Part shown: positions 10,350 through 19,500 of the stretch, in pieces
Layout of the letters: every line of letters begins with the position of its first letter
How positions within the stretch are numbered: the first letter of the stretch is position 1
Origin: Myxococcota bacterium
Lineage (GTDB): Bacteria; Myxococcota_A; UBA9160; UBA4427
Direction of reading: 5' to 3'
NCBI GenBank assembly: GCA_965250285.1
Contig: OZ252299.1
Span: 992,001 to 1,056,000, forward strand
DNA length: 64,000 bases
Translations under genes and position numbers: made by a program
The notes under the pieces: model-generated
Told to the model about the DNA's origin: nothing
Databases searched by the model: none
Seen by the model: the letters and a program-made list of their open reading frames with translations, nothing else

Positions 10350-11783
10350 ATGCAGAGCCGCATCAGGCCTTCGGGCCGCCGTCTTCGCCCGTTCGTCGAT
10401 CCGTCTGCTCCGACGCGGCTCGGCGCTTTTCTTTCTCTCACGATCTCGATCGGTCTCGCGTGGGCCCTCGCAGCGCCGACGGCGCTGGCCGACGACGGGG
10501 TGCGCGACCCCGCCGACGGGCTGCAGGTCACGACGCTCGAGAACGGGCTGACGGTCCTCACGCTCGAAGATCACACGACGCCCGTCGCCTCGCTCCAGGT
10601 CTGGGTGAAGGCCGGTTCGCGAGACGAGTCGTTCTATACCGGCATCGCGCACCTCTTCGAGCACATGATGTTCAAGGGCTCGAAGAACATCGGCCCCGAA
10701 GAGCACGCCCGTCTGGTCGGCAGTCGAGGGGGTCGCATCAATGCCTACACCAGCCGAGACGTCACCGTCTACTTCGAGGACGTGACCAGCGAGTCGCTGC
10801 CGCTCGTCATCGACCTCGAGGCCGAGCGTTTCGGCAATCTCGACATCAATCAGGAGACGCTCGACAAGGAGCGTGAAGTCGTCCTCGAGGAGCGGCGCTT
10901 GCGCACCGAGGATCAGCCGAGCGGGCTCGCCTTCGAGGCGCTCGCGGCGACGCTCTGGCAGTCTCATCCGTATCGCTGGCCGGTGATCGGCTGGCGCAGC
11001 GACATCGAAGCCGTGACCGTCGAGGCATGTCGGACGTTCTTCGATACGTACTACGCGGCCAACAACCTCGTGTTGGTGATCGTCGGTGACTTCGACACGG
11101 CCGAGACCCTCGATCGTGTGCGTCGGTCATTCGGTGTGCTGCGAACGGCCGAGTCGATCCCGCGCAACCCGACGACCGTGGTGCCGGCGCGCGGCGAACG
11201 ACGCGCAATGGTGCACGACGACATCCGCGCCCCGCTCATGTACGCCGGCTATCACGCTCCGCCCACAGGCCACGCCGACGCCGAAGCGCTCGACGTCGCG
11301 AGCATGATCCTGTCGGCCGGGCGTTCGAGCCGGCTCTACCAGAAGCTCGTCTATCGCGATCAGATCGCGCTCGAGGCGGCGGGTGGGTACATGGAGCTGC
11401 ACGACGCCGGGCTCTTCTATGCGGTGGCGGTCGCTCGGCCCGGCGCCGACCTCGATCAAGTCGAGGCCGCGTTCTTCGCCGAGCTCGAGTCGGTGAAGCG
11501 TGACGGCGTCACCGAAGAAGAGGTGGCCAAGGCGAAGCGCCAGCTCGAGGTCTCGCTGCTCGCGGGCCTCGATACGGCCCACAGCCTCGCCAGCCGGATC
11601 GGCGGCGAGTGGGTGGCGTTCGGTCGCGTGCGCTCGCTCGACGAACGCCTCGCGGCCATCGAGGCCGTACAGCCGGCCGACGTGCAGCGTGTGCTGCAGA
11701 CCTATCTCGTGGACGACCAGCGCACGGTGATCCATGTCGACGCGCCGCCGCCGCCTCCGGCCGACGCGGCAGGAGAGCAGTAG
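10350..11783 (+). CDS. Secreted M16 (pitrilysin-family) zinc peptidase, catalytic subunit
   Basis: Signal peptide; LENGL; inverted zinc motif HLFEH; NAYTS.D.T.Y; EREVVLEERR; HPYRWPVIGW. Confidence 0.93.
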   Translation: MQSRIRPSGRRLRPFVDPSAPTRLGAFLSLTISIGLAWALAAPTALADDGVRDPADGLQVTTLENGLTVLTLEDHTTPVASLQVWVKAGSRDESFYTGIAHLFEHMMFKGSKNIGPEEHARLVGSRGGRINAYTSRDVTVYFEDVTSESLPLVIDLEAERFGNLDINQETLDKEREVVLEERRLRTEDQPSGLAFEALAATLWQSHPYRWPVIGWRSDIEAVTVEACRTFFDTYYAANNLVLVIVGDFDTAETLDRVRRSFGVLRTAESIPRNPTTVVPARGERRAMVHDDIRAPLMYAGYHAPPTGHADAEALDVASMILSAGRSSRLYQKLVYRDQIALEAAGGYMELHDAGLFYAVAVARPGADLDQVEAAFFAELESVKRDGVTEEEVAKAKRQLEVSLLAGLDTAHSLASRIGGEWVAFGRVRSLDERLAAIEAVQPADVQRVLQTYLVDDQRTVIHVDAPPPPPADAAGEQ

Positions 11784-13244
11784 ATGCGGCGCCTCAGTGA
11801 GTTCGTAGACGGCTCCTCGATGAAGGCGATGGGCGCGGTGGCGGCCTCGGCGCTGTTCGCGCTCGGCTGTGCTCAGCTCGGCGGCCCGAAGCCGGCCTGG
11901 GAGCAGGAGCCCCCCGCGGCCAACGCCGCGCCGATCGTGGCCGAGGGGGCGCTGACCCAGATCGCGCTCGAGAACGGTCTCGAGCTGATGCTGCTCGAAG
12001 ACGACCGGCTGCCGCTCGTCTCGGTCGGGCTCACCTTCAAGCGCGGCGCGGGCATCGAAGCTCTCGACCAGGCCGGCGCTGCTCGGTTCACCGCAGAGCT
12101 GATGAACCGCGGCGCGGGCGATCTCGACGCGACCGCGCTCGCCGAGCGGGTCGATGCCCTCGGCGCCACGCTGACGATCACCGCGGGTTGGGATTCGATG
12201 TCGATCGGCCTGTCGGGTCTGTCGCGAGATACCGACGCGCTGCTCGAGGTCCTCGATGCGGTGGCGCGGCAGCCCCGCTTCGACGAGGCCGAGGCCGAGG
12301 CGACGCGGGCCCAGCAGATCGCTGGGCTGCGCAGTCAAGAGGATGATCCGTCGACGCTCGCGCGCCGCGCGGCCATGGTCACGCTCTACCAGGGGCATCG
12401 ATACGGCCTGCCGGCCGATGGCACGCTCGAGACGGTGGCGAAGCTCGACGCCGACGTGGCGCGCGAGCTGCACGGCCGCATCTTCCTGCCGAACAACGCG
12501 ATCTTCTACGCCGTGGGCGACTTCGAGAGCGCGTCGATGAAGGATCGAGTGCGCTCGCGCTTCGAGGGTTGGAGCGCCGGCGACGTGCCCGAGCCCGTCG
12601 CGCCGCCGCCGTCGCCCACGCCGACCGAGATGCGCATCGTCATCGCCGACAAACCCGATCTCGTGCAGGCGCGCATCATCCTGGCGCACGAGGGCATCTC
12701 GCGCACCGACGACCGCCGCATCGGCGCCGGCCTGCTCGACGACGTGCTCGGCGGCAGCGGCTTCTCCTCACGCATGATGAAGGAGCTGCGGTCGAATGAG
12801 GGCTTGACCTACGGTGTCTACTCGGGCTTCGCCATGCGTCGACAGCCCGGCCCCTTCGCGGTCAGCACGTTCACGCGTGTGCCCGAGACGCGGCGTGCGG
12901 TCGACATCCTGCTCGAGCAGATCGAAGCGATCCGGTCGACGCAGCCGGTCACGGTCGATGAGCTGGCCCACGCCAAGAGCTACTCCGTCGGGCAGTTCGC
13001 GCTCGGCCTCGAGACATCGGAGGCCGTCATGGGCTCGCTGGTGAACCTCGAGGTCTATGGGCTCCCGGCCGACTCGCTCGACACGTACCGCGCCCGCGTG
13101 AACGCCGTGACGGTCGAAGAGGTGCACACACTCTCCCGCGAGCTGCTGCATCCGACCCGCATCGCCGTGGTCCTGCTCGGCCCCGCCGAAGCCTTGATCC
13201 CCCAGTTCGAAGGCCTGGGCAACATCGAGACCATCACCCCCTAG
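11784..13244 (+). CDS. M16 peptidase non-catalytic partner subunit, lipoprotein
   Basis: Lipobox ALG-C; LENGL; HXXEH replaced by RFTAE; Gly-rich LGGSGFSSRM..LR...GLTYG; ATG immediately follows the partner's TAG. Confidence 0.88.
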   Translation: MRRLSEFVDGSSMKAMGAVAASALFALGCAQLGGPKPAWEQEPPAANAAPIVAEGALTQIALENGLELMLLEDDRLPLVSVGLTFKRGAGIEALDQAGAARFTAELMNRGAGDLDATALAERVDALGATLTITAGWDSMSIGLSGLSRDTDALLEVLDAVARQPRFDEAEAEATRAQQIAGLRSQEDDPSTLARRAAMVTLYQGHRYGLPADGTLETVAKLDADVARELHGRIFLPNNAIFYAVGDFESASMKDRVRSRFEGWSAGDVPEPVAPPPSPTPTEMRIVIADKPDLVQARIILAHEGISRTDDRRIGAGLLDDVLGGSGFSSRMMKELRSNEGLTYGVYSGFAMRRQPGPFAVSTFTRVPETRRAVDILLEQIEAIRSTQPVTVDELAHAKSYSVGQFALGLETSEAVMGSLVNLEVYGLPADSLDTYRARVNAVTVEEVHTLSRELLHPTRIAVVLLGPAEALIPQFEGLGNIETITP

Positions 13245-13362
13245 CCCAGCCCCCGACCCACCTCCCCCCGCAAAGTCGCGAAGCGACGAGCGCGAACGAG
13301 CGTGCCCGTTCGGCGCACCCACCCCACCTCACGGTCGAGAGACGAGGGCTCGCCTGCCCGCC

Positions 13363-13494
13363 TCGGGATTTTCGGGTGGCGCCCGCAAGTTGGAGGCGGG
13401 CGCCGAAGCTGCTCACGCCGCCGTGGAGCCCGCGGCGAACCGCTCCCGCAAGGCCAGCCCGCCGGAATCTGAGGACGACACCCGATCATCCCGA
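13363..13494 (+). repeat. Structured intergenic element, copy A
   Basis: Core GCGCCCGCAA (13379-13388) ... CTGAGGACGA (13469-13478) closed by tcgggtg/cacccga and tcgggat/atcccga stems; same core as the two copies at 36.3-36.6 kb. Confidence 0.75.
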
Positions 13495-13532
13495 CCCGGG
13501 CACCCAACTCTCGTCCTACCCAGCCCCGACCC

Positions 13533-16500
13533 TCAATCCCCGAAGATCTCGAGAATGTCCGTCCCGCGCACGTACCGCGACGGATGCACCGCCTCGGCCA
13601 GCTCGTCGACCGAGATGCCGTCGGGTCGGATCTGCGCCAGCCAGTCGGCCTGGATCGGTCGGTACTCACCCGGCGTGAGCCCGAGGGCGCGGTGGTGGTC
13701 GAACAGCGCGTCGAGGTCTTCGAAGATCTGATACGCATCGAAGAGCGAGCTCGGCCGGTTCTTCACGTAGCGGCGGAACTCGAAGCCGACGACGCGCCGG
13801 GTGCCGCTCGAGCGGCGGTAGCGATCGAGCGCGTCGGCGAGCACGGCTCGCACCGCGCCGGCGCGCACACCGTCGACACCGAAGACGCGCTCGTAGAGCT
13901 TGATCGACTGTTCGGCGTCCTGCGCGAGCAGGCGGGGCTGGGCGACGGTGACGAGGCCGTCTCGGCGCGGCGAGTCGGTGCCGATGTCGTCGATGATGCC
14001 GGCCCCGTCGAGATAGCGGTGCCACTCCTTGACGGTGCGGTCACGCGGCCGCACGGCGAGCTCTCTCAGCCGCCTCGGGTCGGAGACGCGCCACTCGCTC
14101 GGCATCCAGGGCGCGGGCGGGGGCGCGATCTCGTCGCCGACGAACGTGCGGCTCGTGTCGTCGCGGGACGGTCCGAACGCATGCAAGGCGGGCAGTGCGA
14201 TGGGCGCGTCGGCGAACTGCCAGTCGAAGTCTCCCGCGACGAGTGGGTCGTTCTCGATGTTGATCGCCGTCAGCGCGAAGCCCGTGAAGTTCGGATCGGT
14301 GATCTCGGGGGGGTTGAGAATGGCCAGCGAAGGGCCGCGGCCGCTCGCCACGAGCTGCGGCGGGACGTTCATCGAGAACGTGTTCGCGACGAAAGAAACG
14401 CCCGCATCGCCGAGCCGGCGTCCGTCGGGCGTCAGGTAGCTGCTGCCGCGGCGGCGGATGATGTCGATTTCGCCGATCGACTCGTCGACGTCGAGCACGA
14501 TATCGAGCGCGGCGATGTCACCGACGGCCACTCGATCCCTCGAATACGCCTCGAAGCCACCCTGGACCGCGATCTTCTGGCCCTGGCCGACGCGGAAGCC
14601 GTCGCGCGTGAAGAACGTCAGCTGCTCGCCGCCGTCTTCCGGGTCGGCGTCGGCCTTGTAGATACTCGAGACCTCGGGAATGACCGTGACCTCGACGTCG
14701 AGGTTGGCGAAATCCTGAGACGGCGCGACGGCGATGATCTCGGTGTCGACAGCGAAGACGTACTGGTCTTCGACGCTGTCGAATGCGACGGCATCGAGGC
14801 CTCCGTCGTCGGCGTCGAAGCGCACGCGGATGCTGTCGAACCAGTGCCGCGTGATGTCGTTCACAGCGTCTTCGTCGGCCAGGGCGCTCCAGGCCACCGT
14901 GATCGCGTCGCCCAGCTCGTTCGTGATCACCTCGCTCGAGATGCCGCGGCAGTCGCCCGAGCCGTCGCCGAGCTGGCAGCCTACGTCTCCGCCAAACTTG
15001 ATGGTGCCGCGCGTGATGAAGTCGAGGCCTGACGAATCGTCGACGTCGGTCGAGGCATTGAGCACGTCGCCCCCGAACGTGATGTCTGCGCCGCGCAGCT
15101 CGATGTTGCCGTAAACGAGCACCTCGCCATCGAAGATCTGCTCGTTCGTCGTCTCGATCAGCGTCTCGATGGTGTCGGGGTCATCGTCGACGTCCATGTC
15201 GAAGACGCTGCCGAGCTCGATCGTCAGTGTGTCGTCGGCGGCATCGGCGGCTTCCCGTACCTCGAGGCTCGTCAGCGTGAGCCCCTGAAGCAGCGTCTCG
15301 GGGACGTCGATCTGCACCGAGTCGAGGCCCTCGAGCACGAGGGCCGTGCCCTGCACCTTGTCGGCGGTGTCGACGCCGACCTGGATCGTCGGGTCGACCT
15401 CGTTGCCCTGATACAGCTTCAGCGTGTAGTCGACGCCGACCAGCCCATCGGTGAACTGGAAGAAGTCGGGGAGGTTCTGCGCGCCCCCGCCATTGCCATC
15501 CGGTGCCTCGAGGAACGAGCGCGCCTGCTCGATCGTGAACGCCAGAAGTGGCGCGCCGGGGTTCGAGTTCGCCGCGAAGAACACGTCGCCGTTCGCGTCG
15601 ACGATGCCGTCCCCCCCGCCGGGCGTGCTGCCCGCGATCAGTTGAATCTCGTCACCGATCAGAGCGCCCCGGTCGATCCCCGCGTCGACGAAGTCGACGT
15701 CGAGCGTCGTCGCCGTCGCCGAGGCCTGGTCGATCTGGATCAGGCCGGGTCGGTCGTCGGTTTCGTCGTCATCGTCATAGAAGCCGTTCACGTTGGCGAG
15801 CAGCAGAAAGCGGCTCGCCCGAATGTTCGGCAGGTCGTCGATGTAGATCCCGCGGCGGTTCGACTGCAGGGTGTACGAGAACAGCGAAGGGGTCGTCGAG
15901 CCGTCCTGCGGATCGAGATTGATGAACTGCGTCGCCTGGACGGGCAGCGTGAGATCGACCGAGCTGGCCTCGCGATCGCGGTTGCTGTTCACCCAGGCGT
16001 CCTGGACGATCGTAAAGCGATCATTGTTCGTGTTCTGCCGGATCGAGTCGGGCAGGTCGTCGGGCTGCAGGAAGTTGAAGACCGGCGCGTTCGTGCGCGC
16101 GTCGACGTAGGGCAGCAGCACGTTCGACGAGCCGAGGTTCGAGGGGCCGAACGCGCCGAGGCGAATGTCCTCTGACTGAATCTCGACGTTGTCGTAGAAG
16201 GTGAGATTGCCGATCCCGCCCCCACCGGCGCGCAGCGAGACGAAGTCGGCCCCCTGAAGCGTGATCGGCTGCGTGGCGCTGCCGACCTGCCAGTCGTAGT
16301 CGGACGTCGCGTCGAACGACTCGGTGAAGAAGACCGGGGCCACGCCCTTGAAGAGGATGAAGCGGGCCGACTTGTCGGGGTTCTGTGGGTCGTCCTGGAT
16401 CGACGAAGGAATGAAGGCCTGGATCACGCCGCCAAACACGCGGTCGGGCACCAGCTCGATGTCCCCGTGGAAGCTGGTCAGCGACAGGGTGGTGCGGCGC

Positions 16501-19500
16501 CGATCGTCGTCGCAGCCGGTGCCCGGTGAGCTCGACTGACCGCGCCCGAACCCGCACCCCGAGCCAGAGCGTTCGAGATCGAGCAGGTCGCTCGTCGAGC
16601 CGTCGTCGCTGCTGGCGAAGGTCGCGTCCTGCACGACCGTGATTGCACTGGGGATCGTCTCGTTGGGTTCGGGCCCTTCGTTCTGCACGCGCAGATCGAG
16701 GGGCTCGGGCACCGGCACGTTGTCGCGGGGATCGGTGGTCTCTTCGGGCGTGGCGTAGACGTAGAGGCCGAGCTGGGGCGTGTCGCCGAAGATCACCCGT
16801 GCCAGCGGGGTTTCGGGGGTCAGGGGTTCGAACTCACCGGTCGAGGGGTCGGCGACGTTCAGGTCGACGTTCTCGGCGCGCAGGGCGATCTGGTCGGAGC
16901 GGATCTCGACGAGGATCGGCGCCCCGTCGGCCGAGAAGATCTGCTCCATGTCGAGGTTTTCGCCGTCGGTGCGGGTCAGGATCGTCGTCGGAGCGGCGAG
17001 GATGGTCCGCTCGGTCGAGATCGGCAGTCGACCGGGGCTGGTGTCGGGATCGAACTCGTTGATGATCAACGAGAACGCCCCGTTCTCGCTCTCGACGGCG
17101 TAGACGCCCGGGGCCCCGTCCTCGCCCGGCGTGTCGGTGATGAACTGGGTCGCGACGTCGGGCAGCGGCGACGTCGTGGCGTCGCCGTCGATCACGAGAT
17201 TGATGTCGCCGTCCTGACGAAAGACGAACTGCTCGACCGGGGTGGCGCCTCCCGAGAAACGCACCTGCTCGTGGACGTCGATGAACGAACTGTTCGAGAT
17301 GCTGCTGGCGCCGTCGCTCGCCACCAGCCGGATCTGCTTGGCGGTGAGCGTCGTCAGGGCATCATCGGGCAGCAGCTCGAACGAGAGCTCGCCGAACTCG
17401 GCCACGCCGGCGCGGAACGTTGCGGCCTCGGGGGTCTCACCCGCGACTTCGGTCGGGCCCACGAACGCGAACTGATCGATCAGCTGCTGCGTCACTTCGA
17501 AGCTGGTCTGGCCGCCGACGTCGTAGGTGCGCACCTCGAGCTGCCTCGGATCGTCGTTGTCGTCGGTGCCCATGTCGACGGTCACGCCCGAGAAGCCCAG
17601 CAGCGCGAGGTTCGTGCGCTGCACCTTCTGGCCGCCGGCGAAGCCCAGCTCGATCCCCGCCGAATCCGATCGCAGGTTGTAATCGACGAGCCCGATCTCG
17701 TTCTCGGCGAGGTTTGCGTTCACGAACTGGTCGACGTCGGGCAGGTCGTCGTCGGTGATCTCGGCCTCCTGCCGGATCGTGAAGCTGCGGTAGGCGTCGT
17801 CGGTCGGATCGAGGTCGATCCCGAGATCGAACTCGACGCGGGTCGCCGAGTCGGCCGACGCGAGCACGCGGTTCGTCTGCGAGAAGCCGTCGGACCCGGA
17901 GATTCCACCTTCGCCCGAGCCCGCGCGCAGCACGAGGCCACTCGACGCCAGCCGGATCGGTGTGCCGTCGCCGCCGCTCTCGGTGCCGAAGATCAGGTCG
18001 CCGGCGCCGCCCCCCTCGGCGGCGTGCAGCACGAGCTGCTCGCTCGCATCGAGCGTGACCCCGTCGTTGATCCGCAGCCCCGTCTCGGTGCTCGAGACCG
18101 GGCGACGACCGGTCGCGATCGACAGGTCGTCGGTCGCGAGGCTCGCATTCGTCGCGAGCAGGGTATCGACGGTGAACCCCTGGTCGATCGTCAGGTCGAG
18201 GGCCTGGAGGTTCGCCTCGGCCCAGCTGCCGGTCGCCGGATCTTCGAGCACGATCGCCGGACGTCCGTCGGCCGCGTCGGCCTCGGCGCGCAGCTCGAGC
18301 AGTGCGCCGAAGTCGCTGCGGTCGTCGTCGGGGCCACCCGGGAAGGCGTTGCCCGCCACCTTGGTCGGGTCGTCGAGCGTGACGGTGCCGGTGATCGACT
18401 CGATCACGTAGATCAGACCGTCGAGGGCCCGGCGTGCGGCCGCCTCGTCGCCATCGATCTCGACGAAGTGCACGTCGGCCTCGAGCACGTCGCTCGCTTC
18501 GACCGTCGCGTTCTGGGCCCAGTTGAGCGAGTTGATCTTCTGATCGTTGGCGAGCGTCGGCGGGCCGTCGGGACCGAACAGCTTCACGTCGCCCGCTTCG
18601 ATGCGCGACTGTGTCTCAGAGAATCCGAGCGCCGAAGAGATGCCCGCGCTCACCTGAATGTCGATCGCGTGGATCTGCGGGCCTTCGCCGCTCGCGTTCG
18701 AGACGAAGCGCAGATCGCCGCGCACGCTGTTCGGGTTGGTCGAGCGGTTGGCCGAGAAGAGGGCGACCTCGCGACCGCGCAGCGTATGCGGGCTGCCGTC
18801 GGGCGCGGCGTTCTCGATCGTGAGCTCGCCGGCCGACTCGATCGCGATCACGCCGAACTCGGCGTTCTCGAGGGCGAGGTCGAGCTCGGCACCGGGCTCG
18901 AGCCCGGCGTCGATCGTGGCGGCCACATGGGACGTGGCAAAGGAGGGACCGTCGGGGATGTCCGTGCCCGCGCCGTTCGGGTCGACGTTGACCAGGATCG
19001 TTCCGCCGCCCGTCCGGATCAGCGGCGTCGTCGGCGACGTGCGTCCGTCGATGATGTCGACCCGACCCGACGGGTTGGCGGGCCCCTGACCGTGGGCGTT
19101 CATGAAGATGTTGCCCCCGATCGTGTCGACGAAGCCGTCGTCGTCGCGGTCGGGGTCTTCGGGGCGGGTGTCGATGGCGCCGTAGATCTCGATGGCGTTC
19201 TTCTTGTCCTGGCTCGAATCGCCGGCGCCGAGATTGCTCGACGCCTCGATCAGGACGTCGCCGCCGAGGGTCGTCATCGATCCCGTGCTCGCGAGAGTGA
19301 TGCGCCCGCCCGTCTCGTTTGCGCCGGGCGTGAGCGCGGCGTCCTCGGAAACGCGGATCGACACGAGGTCGAACGTGCCCTGGTCGGCCGAGATGTGGCC
19401 TTCGATCACGAGGTCGCCGCCGGCCGCCTCGGCGTCGAGCGCGACGATGCCGTCTTCGTGAAAGCCGAGGTCGATGTCGCCGAACAGCCGAATGTCACCG

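Noticed and set aside
18712..18723. RGD integrin-binding motif in TpsA (VRGDL)
   Set aside because: A single tripeptide in 2697 aa is expected by chance, and it coincides with the GDLxF repeat motif.
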